The notes under the pieces are model-generated. The model made no database searches, was not told the DNA's origin, and saw nothing but the letters and a program-made list of their open reading frames with translations. Positions 9,438-19,137 of a DNA stretch of 64,000 nucleotides are shown here, in pieces (the first letter of the stretch is position 1; each line of letters opens with the position of its first letter). A program made the position numbers and the translations under genes. The DNA lies in NCBI GenBank assembly GCA_965140415.1, contig OZ223209.1:4416001-4480000 (forward strand), read 5' to 3'. Source of the stretch: Myxococcota bacterium. Lineage in GTDB: Bacteria > Myxococcota_A > SURF-8.

Positions 9438-10862
9438 TCACGATGTAGGTTCTTCGTGTTTGTAGAGATCCGGATAGAGTTTTTTGGCGCAATCGGGACA
9501 GATTCCATGGCTGAAATCGGCTTTGCTGTGCTGGCTGATGTAGGTTTCGATCTGGTTCCAATAGCCTTCATCATCGCGAATTTTTTTGCAGGAAGCACAG
9601 ATCGGAATCAGACCGCTCAAGGTCTTGACTTCGCTAAGTGCCTGCTCTAACTGATCATTCTTTTCTTGAAGCGTTTTCGTACGCTGCTGGACCGTCTCTT
9701 CCAGCAGTTCCTTGTGTTCGATCAGTTTCAAATTGGCTTCTTGTAATTTCTGAGTTCGCAGCGCAACCAGATTGGATAACCGCCGATTGAAAACGATCAA
9801 CACGACAGTGATCATGATGGCCCCCAGACAAATCACTGCAATGACCACCAACAGTGTTTTAAGCCAGCCGTAATCCGGTTCCGGCTCATAGATGAATCCC
9901 TTTAACGAATAGTGCGGATCGATCATTCCGAGGCTGGCGCAGGTATCGGCAATATGCTTCCAGCGCCCGGCATTCATATGCCCGATTTCGATCAACTCAG
10001 GATGCAGTAAATTGAGCATCGATCTCGCTTCGTAGGTCAACAGCGCTTTCATGGAATCGGCTTCGAATTTCAGATGACCGGCGCTTTTATCCGTTTTGTA
10101 CTTCTCGATGATGTAGTTCGCCATCTCGTCGATATGCGTCATTGCATATTCCCAGCCCTGCAAACTGGCTTGTTTAAACGCTGCAACGATTTCCGGCTGA
10201 TTGTGTACGATGCTCTCGGTAGTAAATAAGGTATCCCCGTAGAAGTCGATACCGTAGCTGCGGGGTTGAATGACGGAAAATGGAATCCCTTTCTGCCGCA
10301 AATAGTAGGTCTGATCCGAAACGTAAGCGTGGTAGACGTCGGTTTTACCGTCGATCAAGTCGTTGATATCATAACTCAGATCAAGCCGCGTAAATTGATT
10401 GGCATCGATGCCTTCATTTCTGAATACCGCCAATAATTCAGCCGAATCAAACCCCTTTCTCAGCATCACCCGCTTTCCGATCATGCCGTCCGGACTCATG
10501 ATTCCGCTATTGCGCAACGCCAGAAAAACCGACGGGCTATGCTGAAAAATCACCGCCAGCGCCACAACCGGTTTGCCTTTTAAACGGTGAATCAGCAATT
10601 CGGAATTCGCCACACCGAACTCCGCTTTTCCACGAAGCACTTCTTCCACCGGAACGAGGCCGGGACCGCCCTCGATCAACTGTACATTCAACCCGGCCTG
10701 TTCGTAGAACCCCTTATGAACCGCCGCATAAAAACCGGCGAACTGGAACTGGTGTTTCCATTTCAATTGCAATCGTACAGTTGGATGCGCAGCACCGGCG
10801 TATGCCGTAATGGGAAAAAACAGCAACAGTAAAAATGTGGAAAACAGAATTCTGATCGGCAT
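9438..10862 (-). CDS. NMT1/THI5-like periplasmic sensor with TM, coiled coil and Cys-rich C-terminal domain
   Basis: LQLKWKHQFQFAGFYAA, YGIDFYGD; C-terminal LIPICASCKKIRDDEGYW..FSHGICPDC. Confidence 0.85.
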   Translation of the reverse strand: MPIRILFSTFLLLLFFPITAYAGAAHPTVRLQLKWKHQFQFAGFYAAVHKGFYEQAGLNVQLIEGGPGLVPVEEVLRGKAEFGVANSELLIHRLKGKPVVALAVIFQHSPSVFLALRNSGIMSPDGMIGKRVMLRKGFDSAELLAVFRNEGIDANQFTRLDLSYDINDLIDGKTDVYHAYVSDQTYYLRQKGIPFSVIQPRSYGIDFYGDTLFTTESIVHNQPEIVAAFKQASLQGWEYAMTHIDEMANYIIEKYKTDKSAGHLKFEADSMKALLTYEARSMLNLLHPELIEIGHMNAGRWKHIADTCASLGMIDPHYSLKGFIYEPEPDYGWLKTLLVVIAVICLGAIMITVVLIVFNRRLSNLVALRTQKLQEANLKLIEHKELLEETVQQRTKTLQEKNDQLEQALSEVKTLSGLIPICASCKKIRDDEGYWNQIETYISQHSKADFSHGICPDCAKKLYPDLYKHEEPTS

Positions 10863-10966
10863 GAAATTTTCCAGGTGTAAATGATAGACGGCACAGACTC
10901 CATCAATATCGGACATCATACCGCGAATATTCAACGATGGAAGTTAAAAACGCATGTTGCCAATAC

Positions 10967-10999
10967 AAAACGGCGGCCCGTTACCGGACCGCCGTCTTT
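10967..10999 (-). terminator. intrinsic terminator
   Basis: GC hairpin acggcggcccg/cggaccgccgt with a U-tract on the minus strand, downstream of CDS 11024. Confidence 0.65.
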
Positions 11000-11023
11000 C
11001 ATTTTAGATAAACCGCTTACAGA

Positions 11024-12184
11024 TCAGTTGTCCAACTGCAACTGGACCAGCACACCATAATGATCGGAATAGCGGCTGGCGATCTCTTCGCCTTCCACCG
11101 TAAGCGTGACTTCCTGATCCAGAATTCTCGCGCTGGTTGCCACGGAATTTTCCGGTGCATTCTTGAAGAATACGTGATCGATAATGTGATCGGCACGATC
11201 TTCACCGGTCAGCGGATTCTCCATGCACCAACTACAGGGCGAGGTATCGGATTTCGCATAAGGTGCAAGGTATCCGGCATCGGTGAATTTGGAGAAGTTT
11301 TCCGGCAACTCCGCCGAAACCTGCGCCGTTTCCGGTCCGCAGTTCATATCGCCCATCACCACCGACATGTTTTCACTGGACTGGGTCGTGACATACGCCA
11401 GCAGATCGTTGATCTGCGCCGCCTGTTCGTCACCCCAACTGTCATACTCGCCGCCATAACTGACATCCGACAGATTCGCGCTTAAATGCGTGCAGAACAC
11501 GGAAGCGGACACGGAATCGGTCAGGGCGATGTCGGCAGACAAGACCACGCGACGGTTCAAGGTCGAATCGAAGATCTTGTAGTCTTTATTGGTAAGTTGA
11601 TGCTTGGACAGGATCAGCAATCCGTTATGGCCTTCATAGGCAAACTGACCGGAACCTTCGCTGCTCTTGCAGATGGTCAGGATTTCGTCTACGGATTTAC
11701 CGATGTTGGCCACCACACAATTGGTGCATTCCTGCGACAACGCGCCGAATTCATCGCCACATTGGGCCAATACACAGGCGGTAATGTTTTCTGGCGCGAC
11801 ATCCGCACAATTGGCCGCCACACAGGTTTCCAGAGGATCGGCTTCCTCGTCGGTGCAGGAGGCTTCGCCTTCACCTTCCGACGCTTCTTCCAGGGTCATC
11901 TCATAGTAGGAGTATTCAAACGAAGGCTTGGCGCCTTCGATCAGCGACTTCGCCTGATCCTCGGTCCATACTTCTTCCAGGCAAATCACATCCGCATTCA
12001 CCGCGGCCAGGGCGTCGCCGATCAAGGCTTCGCGCTCCGGCGCGTAGGACACGTAGCCCGTAGCCAATCCCGCGTTGTAGGTGGCAAAACCGAAAATGGG
12101 ACCATCGACTTCGTCATCACCGCCACAAGCGACCAGAAGCGGCAGAATAACCAGCGAAACCAGCAATATCCAACGGTATTTCAT
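11024..12184 (-). CDS. endonuclease/exonuclease/phosphatase (EEP) family lipoprotein
   Basis: Lipobox LVAC, ATYNAGL, DVICLEEV, THL, GDMN, IDHVF, SDHYGV; Cys-rich insert. Confidence 0.9.
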   Translation of the reverse strand: MKYRWILLVSLVILPLLVACGGDDEVDGPIFGFATYNAGLATGYVSYAPEREALIGDALAAVNADVICLEEVWTEDQAKSLIEGAKPSFEYSYYEMTLEEASEGEGEASCTDEEADPLETCVAANCADVAPENITACVLAQCGDEFGALSQECTNCVVANIGKSVDEILTICKSSEGSGQFAYEGHNGLLILSKHQLTNKDYKIFDSTLNRRVVLSADIALTDSVSASVFCTHLSANLSDVSYGGEYDSWGDEQAAQINDLLAYVTTQSSENMSVVMGDMNCGPETAQVSAELPENFSKFTDAGYLAPYAKSDTSPCSWCMENPLTGEDRADHIIDHVFFKNAPENSVATSARILDQEVTLTVEGEEIASRYSDHYGVLVQLQLDN

Positions 12185-12390
12185 GAAACCCTCTCCTTTA
12201 TTTATACACAATCGTTCTTTAACCAGATTCAATTTCCCTGAAATTCTTTCCGGAAATCGAAACTTTACAAAAAAAGCCGTTTTGATACGAATCCTTCGAT
12301 CATTTCCTTTTACCAAAACAAAAGGATGACCAAATTCGTTATAATTCAAAACGACTTTTTAATCAAATCCAAACAATTCAAAGAACGGAG

Positions 12391-15048
12391 TTATTGCTCC
12401 ACACACCAGTTGATGACCTGGTATTTCACGCCATCGTCACGCTCGAAGTTGTAGACGAACATACCGAAATAGTATTCGTAGTCATTAAAATGACTACTGG
12501 GGATATCCCCTACGCTACCGGCGTAATCCGTCGACTCCGCCACGGCGATTTCGTAGATATTGGTATTGCTTAGACCAACGGTGCTTTCCACTCCTACACC
12601 ACCAACCGAAAATCCCGCCGAAACCTCAACCCCCAGGGTGCGAGCTTCGGACTGGGCGTTTTCTTTACCCATTGAAATAAAGGCTTCCGTGCCACCTGCC
12701 GAAGCTTCACCAATTGACAACAGCTGCTCCGAAGGATCCGGCGTCATCCAACCCGTATAGGTTGCCAGCAGCGCGTCGCGGGCATCTTTGTCCGGGTAGG
12801 TGCTCGGATCGCCGACTGTGTGAGTGAAGGTTTCCACGCCGATGTCGCGATAATCTCCGTTCTGCTCGTTGAAAGCCTTAACGGTTTTCTTAAAGGTATT
12901 GGTTTGCAGGGGAACGTCGATCGTCAACAGTGTACCAACCTTCGTCGGGTCTTCATGGGTGATGACTTCATACTGGAAGCGTTCGTATTCCGTTGCCGTG
13001 TAAATAACAAAGTCGCTCAGGTCATCCGGCGCCCAGTTCCCGACCCGCTTGACACCCGTACTGACGGTTTTCGTTTGAGTCTGAGTCTTGGTCAATTCCG
13101 TTTTCAAGGTCGTCGAAGCCTTTGCACTGACAATATTGAACGGATCGGAGGCTTCCACCGACATGGTGACGGAAGCGGACATGCTGATTTCATTGGATTC
13201 CGAACTGGATTCCGTCCGAACCTGCCCATAACCAACCCAGGTATTTCCCTTGTTATCCTGCGGAATGGAAGCCCAGCCAGGCGGCATGGCCATCGCCACA
13301 ACGATGCGCGGCTCGCTCATGGCCAGCCAGCTGTCACCCGTATATCGCACCACCATGCTGTCTCCGTCGAAATCCCCTAAACCGACCAAGGGTTGCACCC
13401 AGGTATCGAGCGGTAATGTTTCCGGCCAATCCCAACTCCATTCATCCTCCACTTCGAATTCATCATCTTTGAATGCAAAACGTTTGGCATCGAATCCTTC
13501 CACGACAATTTCATCTTCTCCGTAGGGCGGTTGTCCTTGAATCGTCTTGTATCGATAGTACATGGCGAATACATCGGCTTTGCCATCGCGGTCGTAGTCG
13601 CCGACATCCATGCGGAAACCGCTCGGCGTCCAATTCAGGCTGTAACGATCGGCATCGTTGACATTTTCCCACGATCCACTAAACGCCCGGTATTGCACAT
13701 ATCCCGAATCGTCGCGATCCGGACGAAAATAATACACGTACCAACCACGATCATTGTAATAGACATCATGAACGGCAATGAGTACATCGTCTTTGCCATT
13801 GCCATCGATATCGCCGGCTTCCAGTTGCAACGGTACGTTATGATCCCAGGTTCGATTCGGGCAATCCTCGATGTATTTTCCCTCTAAATGCACGAACTCG
13901 TTTAGTGCATCGTCGTAAACCCTTGTCTGTAAACGGCAATAACCGTTTCTGGATACCGCTCCGAAAGTCACTTCATCGATTCCGTCCCCGTCGAAATCGC
14001 CACACACTACGTTGGGTTTACCAACACTATAGTCGAAAAGTTCGTCGTCGCGATTATGCCAGTGATAAAGCTCGGTGTAGCCATCTACATGGTCATCCAA
14101 AGCCCAGGCCTGGGCAAACCAACGGTCTCCATCCCCGGTATCCGCCTTTTTATGACCGATGATAAAGATTTCATCCCGGTTGTCGCGATCCACATCACCG
14201 GCATCGACTTTAATTTCGGTAACACCGACTCCCGCTTCGCTATTGAAAGCCAATTTCGAGAATCCGTTTCCCGCATCATCGAAGGTCACCAGCACGCTGG
14301 CATACTGATACGTCCGGTAGCTGTCGTTATATTCGGCGATATCGATACGCCCATAGGTTCCAGCGAAGACGATTTCTAACCCGTCGTCATCGTCCAGATT
14401 GGCCAGTGCAAGATCCGCCGTTAGGTAAGAATCGAATTCGGGATTAAGCGGATCGACGGCAAACGGGGTTTTATCGATGGTGCCAATAATGGCAAAACCG
14501 GCATCCTTGTCGTCGATGATGGTAATCCGGGGATAATCGTAGCGATAGGTACGATCATCGTTTTCGTGGTCCGTGTACAGGCTGAGAATAACCATTTCAT
14601 CTTTGCCATCGGCATCGATGTCCCCTGACTTGATTTCCATCAAACGGCCATTCGGTTGGTCCGTCATCAAAAGATCGGTAATCTGTCCGATCTCTTCCCC
14701 CGGAGTTTCGCTGCCCTTGTCATCGCGAATGGTTGCGAAATAATCTTCACTGATTTGAGGCAGAAAGAAAACCGGCTCATCCACATCGATCAAGGTCGTG
14801 GTTTTACGCGCTAAAGGAGGGTATTCCAATCTCTGAACGGAGTCGCCATCGGTCGTATCCCCATCAGCGGAGTCGCCATCCGTGGCATCACCATCGGCGG
14901 CATCGCCATCGGCCAGATCTCCATCCGAGCTATCGCCATCCGACGCATCTCCATCCGTTGGATCGGAGTCGTCGTCTGAGCCACATGCAAAGCACGCAAC
15001 TGACATTATAAGTAAGATTGTAAATAGCACCTGTTGAAATCGAGTCAT
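12391..15048 (-). CDS. FG-GAP/VCBS repeat lipoprotein with Ser/Thr-rich C-terminal beta domain
   Basis: Lipobox, eight DGDxx repeats, repeated GDxDxDGxDE motifs. Confidence 0.85.
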   Translation of the reverse strand: MTRFQQVLFTILLIMSVACFACGSDDDSDPTDGDASDGDSSDGDLADGDAADGDATDGDSADGDTTDGDSVQRLEYPPLARKTTTLIDVDEPVFFLPQISEDYFATIRDDKGSETPGEEIGQITDLLMTDQPNGRLMEIKSGDIDADGKDEMVILSLYTDHENDDRTYRYDYPRITIIDDKDAGFAIIGTIDKTPFAVDPLNPEFDSYLTADLALANLDDDDGLEIVFAGTYGRIDIAEYNDSYRTYQYASVLVTFDDAGNGFSKLAFNSEAGVGVTEIKVDAGDVDRDNRDEIFIIGHKKADTGDGDRWFAQAWALDDHVDGYTELYHWHNRDDELFDYSVGKPNVVCGDFDGDGIDEVTFGAVSRNGYCRLQTRVYDDALNEFVHLEGKYIEDCPNRTWDHNVPLQLEAGDIDGNGKDDVLIAVHDVYYNDRGWYVYYFRPDRDDSGYVQYRAFSGSWENVNDADRYSLNWTPSGFRMDVGDYDRDGKADVFAMYYRYKTIQGQPPYGEDEIVVEGFDAKRFAFKDDEFEVEDEWSWDWPETLPLDTWVQPLVGLGDFDGDSMVVRYTGDSWLAMSEPRIVVAMAMPPGWASIPQDNKGNTWVGYGQVRTESSSESNEISMSASVTMSVEASDPFNIVSAKASTTLKTELTKTQTQTKTVSTGVKRVGNWAPDDLSDFVIYTATEYERFQYEVITHEDPTKVGTLLTIDVPLQTNTFKKTVKAFNEQNGDYRDIGVETFTHTVGDPSTYPDKDARDALLATYTGWMTPDPSEQLLSIGEASAGGTEAFISMGKENAQSEARTLGVEVSAGFSVGGVGVESTVGLSNTNIYEIAVAESTDYAGSVGDIPSSHFNDYEYYFGMFVYNFERDDGVKYQVINWCVEQ
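14836..14955 (-). repeat. 15-bp coding tandem repeat, 8 x DGDxx
   Basis: ccatc recurs every 15 bp from 14846 to 14951. Confidence 0.9.
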
Positions 15049-15141
15049 GTGAGCCCCCTGCTCCGTTACCTAAAATTGAGTAGAAACAATGTGCTTGTAC
15101 CTAGTTTCTATACTAATCTTTCAAGAAAGTCCAAAAAATTG

Positions 15142-15173
15142 AAAAATCGGCCTCCTCCGTAGAGAAGACCGAT
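15142..15173 (-). terminator. intrinsic terminator
   Basis: Minus strand atcggtcttctc-tacg-gaggaggccgat followed by tttt, after the acyl-CoA dehydrogenase. Confidence 0.65.
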
Positions 15174-15203
15174 CATGAAATACGGACCGACAAATTTGAC
15201 GTT

Positions 15204-16901
15204 CTACGGATTCATCTCATAAGCCCCGTCATAGCTGTGCACCAGTTCCCAGATTTTCCCATAGCGCTCTGCATCTGCAATCGGCTTGCGAATCATCTTC
15301 ATGCAAAAATCCTTCTGTGCTTCGCTTGAACTCGGCTTCAAGTAAACCGACAAAGCGTGCTTGGAGAAATCGCGCACCATAAAGTCGAAGATCTGATCAA
15401 CCAGATTCGGGTCCACATTCATAAGTTTGGCGTTCTCTAAAATCAACTGCCCGTATGCGATCTGCGTGAAAATGTCACCCACGCTAAGTAGGAAATCAAT
15501 ATCGCGCTGCTGTGCCTTGTCCGGCGGCGCCATCATCAGGGCTTGCTTGAACACGGAGATCTGTTCCTTGAACACATTCACATTGGGCAGATCCCAGGCG
15601 TCGTAAGCCAGGTTGTAATCATGGAACTGAATCTTTCCCAGCCCCTTGGTGGGCCCCTGCTCGAACAGGAAACTATCGTCACGCGGGTCATCCACGGTCG
15701 GAACCGGATCGAAAGGCTTGGGATTGAACAGGTAGTTGGCCATAAATTTGATGATCAGCGCCACGTTGACATGCACCGTACCTTCCAGCTTGGGCAGGGC
15801 GCGAATATCGCGCGCAGCCGCTTCGAAGTAGGTCTCGCCCTCAAAGCCGCGCGCTGCAATGACATCCCAAAGCAGGTTGATCACGTCCTCGCCCTGAGTG
15901 GTGACTTTCATTTTCATAATCGGATTGTACAGCAGGTAGCGTCGGTCCTCCAATGAGGCGACGCGCATGTAATCCGAGGCGCGCAAACCGAAAAGTTTCA
16001 TGGCGACCAGACGGGTATAGGCATCCACAAAATTCTGTTTCACATGCGGGAAATCAGTTACCTTCATGTTGTAGAGGGTGCGGTTGGAGGCATGAGTAAT
16101 GGATTCATAAAAGGCATGCGTACAGATGCCGATAGAAGCCCAGCCAAGGTTGTATTTTCCGATATTGACGGTGTTGAGGGCAGCGTAAAAAGCCTCTGTG
16201 CCACGATGCAGAATATCAGCTTCGGCAATAGGATAATCGTGCAATGAAAATTCCGACACGTAGGATTGGGTATTCACCAGATTACGTCGGCAGACATAGC
16301 AATCATGCTGGGAATCGACTGCAAAGAAAACGTATTCGTCCGTGCCTTCGATTTTGCCGAACACGGAGACCATGGCAGCTTCGTTGCCATTGCCAATGTA
16401 ATACTTGTAACCATTGGCTTTGAAGGTTCCATCATCCTGTGGAGTCAGGATCATGTCCGTGTTATACACGTCTGCGCCATGTTCCTTTTCCGATAGTCCG
16501 AATGCGAAAATTCCGCCTTCACGCAGAAATTGGGCTGCTTTTTTCTTGGCCTGCTCGTTGTCCGACTGAAAGATCGGACCCAGACCCAGAATGGAAACCT
16601 GCCAAGTATACCAATAATGCAGACCGTAAAAGCCCAGCACTTCGTTGAATTCGCAGGCTCGCCAAGTATCCCAGCGTGTATCCGGATCCCCGTTTGCATA
16701 TTTTTCAGGCGTGATCAATTGGGAAAATATTTTATTTTCCTTTATGAACTCAAGCATATCTGCATACCACAGGCGCTCGTGGTCGTCTTCCTTGAGCTTT
16801 ACCTTGCCTTTGTTTTCGAAAAATTCGATGGTTTTTAAAATTATTTCCTTGGATCGTGCGTCCGGATACTTGCGATCGTGCTTCTTGGGATTGAGCAACA
16901 T
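15204..16901 (-). CDS. acyl-CoA dehydrogenase
   Basis: AFGLSEKEHGAD, ANGYKYYIGNG, LPKLEGTVHVN. Confidence 0.92.
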   Translation of the reverse strand: MLLNPKKHDRKYPDARSKEIILKTIEFFENKGKVKLKEDDHERLWYADMLEFIKENKIFSQLITPEKYANGDPDTRWDTWRACEFNEVLGFYGLHYWYTWQVSILGLGPIFQSDNEQAKKKAAQFLREGGIFAFGLSEKEHGADVYNTDMILTPQDDGTFKANGYKYYIGNGNEAAMVSVFGKIEGTDEYVFFAVDSQHDCYVCRRNLVNTQSYVSEFSLHDYPIAEADILHRGTEAFYAALNTVNIGKYNLGWASIGICTHAFYESITHASNRTLYNMKVTDFPHVKQNFVDAYTRLVAMKLFGLRASDYMRVASLEDRRYLLYNPIMKMKVTTQGEDVINLLWDVIAARGFEGETYFEAAARDIRALPKLEGTVHVNVALIIKFMANYLFNPKPFDPVPTVDDPRDDSFLFEQGPTKGLGKIQFHDYNLAYDAWDLPNVNVFKEQISVFKQALMMAPPDKAQQRDIDFLLSVGDIFTQIAYGQLILENAKLMNVDPNLVDQIFDFMVRDFSKHALSVYLKPSSSEAQKDFCMKMIRKPIADAERYGKIWELVHSYDGAYEMNP

Positions 16902-17198
16902 GGGCTTCTCCTGTAGGTTTACTGGTTGATTACTCCCGCTCTATACAACTCCTATATTACTATTTCCAACAGGTCAAGAAAGTAAGATCCACGATGAGTA
17001 TTACCTTTTCACAAACGGAATTGCAACCTGTATGCAAATCAGTTTCTGAATAATACAAATTATACAATCACTTTCCAAATTTCCCTTTCGTGAGATAGCA
17101 AACAGAAACAAAAAACGATTGACAATTATCAAACAAAGAGCCATTTCGTTTACTAATAAAGTAACGACGTGTCGCGTTGTTTGAAATTGGAGGCAACG

Positions 17199-17963
17199 AT
17201 GCTAGAGGAATATCGAAATAAGTTGTACGATCTCGATCCGCAGGATCTGTCGAAAGGTTATGTGAGCGAACCGGATGGGCGACGCTACCGCTGCATGTTC
17301 TGCGAGGCTGTTTTTGAAGAGGGAGAAGTGTATCCCTTTGAAAAGAAAATGCTTTTGGCTGAGCGTGCCGTACGTGAGCACATTCGCCGCAGTCATGGCG
17401 AGGTCTTTGACCTGTTAGTGGAACTGGGCAAACAGCATACCGGCCTGTCCGACATCCAGCAGACGGTGCTCAATGGCCTGTACCACGGAAAAACGGATAA
17501 GCAGATCGCGCAGGAGTTGGGGGGGAAGTCCGCTTCCACCGTGCGCAACCATCGGTTTCAACTACGAAAACGAAAGAAGGAAGCCAAGCTGTTTCTTGCA
17601 TTGATGCAGCTTGCGGAACAGCGGGAAAGCCAGGAGAATGTGTTTGTCGAATTCCACGCCGATCTGCCAACCCAGGACGAACGTGCAATCGTGACCAAAC
17701 CGGAAGAACAAAAGCTGATCGACAAGTATTTCGAGCCGGGTCCACAGATGAAGTTAAAACGCTTTCCTGCCAAGCAAAAGGCCAAGCTCGTGATTCTGAA
17801 TCGCATTAGCGAGCAGTTCTGGCGCGATAAGCGCTATGGCGAGCAGGAAATCAACGAGATCCTGGCGGCAATCTACGATGATTTCGTTATGGTGCGCCGC
17901 TATTTGATCGATTACCGTTTTCTGGATCGCACACCGGATGGACGCGAATACTGGATCAAGTAG
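17199..17963 (+). CDS. DUF2087-domain protein with CxxC/His motif and LuxR-like HTH
   Basis: YRCMFC..HIRRSH, KTDKQIAQELGGKSASTVRNHRF, C-terminal FPAKQK..RRYLIDYRFLDR..GREYW; RBS GGAGG. Confidence 0.85.
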   Translation: MLEEYRNKLYDLDPQDLSKGYVSEPDGRRYRCMFCEAVFEEGEVYPFEKKMLLAERAVREHIRRSHGEVFDLLVELGKQHTGLSDIQQTVLNGLYHGKTDKQIAQELGGKSASTVRNHRFQLRKRKKEAKLFLALMQLAEQRESQENVFVEFHADLPTQDERAIVTKPEEQKLIDKYFEPGPQMKLKRFPAKQKAKLVILNRISEQFWRDKRYGEQEINEILAAIYDDFVMVRRYLIDYRFLDRTPDGREYWIK

Positions 17964-18028
17964 CTCAAAACCCAGGTAAATATCAGCTTATATAAGTGAA
18001 TTGTTGAAATTCGCAAAGGAAGTACATC

Positions 18029-18958
18029 ATGAGAAGCATACGCAGTAGCTTGTTTATTTTGATGTTGCGCTATCGCAACTTGTTGTTGTTACAGTGGAAA
18101 CGAAAACCAATGGTGAGCTGGGACACGTCCATTCCAGAACTGCGGGCCAAGGTGAACAAAGGCTCCGGCTTGTTCGGAAAATTGCCTGCCGATTTCCAGG
18201 TCACGCCGGTGGATCAAGACAACTTCTGTGCAGAGTGGTTGCTGCCGGGTCAGGCGAAAGAAGGTAAAGCGATTCTCTACCTGCACGGCGGTGGCTACGT
18301 TCTCGGCTCGGCCAAGGGACATCGTCCCATCGTCGCCAAGTTCGTCAAGGCGACCAACGTTCCAGCCTTGGTCGTCGATTATCGCCTGGCACCGGAGCAT
18401 CCCTTTCCGGCAGCATTGAACGATGCGCTGGCGGGGTATCGCTACCTGTTGCAGCAGGGCTATCTGCCAGAAGATATCGTAATCATGGGAGATTCCGCCG
18501 GAGGCGGTTTAGCGTTGGCACTGTTATTGGCCATTAAAAAGGAAGGGTTACAGCAGCCTGCGGCAGCGGTGGCTTTGTCTCCCTGGACGGATTTACTGAA
18601 TACCGGGGAATCGCTGCTTACCAACGAAAAGGTCGATCCGCTGACCTGGCGCGAATCGCAGGCGGTGTTCAGCGCCTATTATGCAGCGGGACAGGATGCA
18701 GCCAACCCCTTGATTTCCCCACTTTATGGCGAGTTGGAAGGCTTGCCGCCGCTTTTACTGACAGTCGGTGGCGATGAATTGCTCCTGGACGATTCGACCC
18801 GCTTTGCCCAGAGAGCGAATGCGGCAGATGTGGATGTTGACTTGATTGTGATGCCGGGAATGTTCCATTGTTACCCGGTTTGCGCACCGGTCTTCCCGGA
18901 AGCGACGCAATCGATGCAAAAGATCGTGGCATTCATCGAAAAACGGATCGGAGTGTAG
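18029..18958 (+). CDS. HSL/Aes-family alpha/beta hydrolase (esterase/lipase)
   Basis: HGGGY, YRLAPEHPFPAA, GDSAGG. Confidence 0.93.
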   Translation: MRSIRSSLFILMLRYRNLLLLQWKRKPMVSWDTSIPELRAKVNKGSGLFGKLPADFQVTPVDQDNFCAEWLLPGQAKEGKAILYLHGGGYVLGSAKGHRPIVAKFVKATNVPALVVDYRLAPEHPFPAALNDALAGYRYLLQQGYLPEDIVIMGDSAGGGLALALLLAIKKEGLQQPAAAVALSPWTDLLNTGESLLTNEKVDPLTWRESQAVFSAYYAAGQDAANPLISPLYGELEGLPPLLLTVGGDELLLDDSTRFAQRANAADVDVDLIVMPGMFHCYPVCAPVFPEATQSMQKIVAFIEKRIGV

Positions 18959-19137
18959 GAAATCCATGTTTAGGATTTCGACGATTGGGAAATGGTTATT
19001 TTTCGATCTCTCGTTATTATTGAAGCTACGGCAAAAGCTCCAATTCCCTTGACGCTCGGGTCGTTTACCGGTAGGTTCAGGGCGTTTACGGTCGTTCTGG
19101 CCGGGAGGCAATCGTTTAATCGAAAAGAGAGGCGCTT

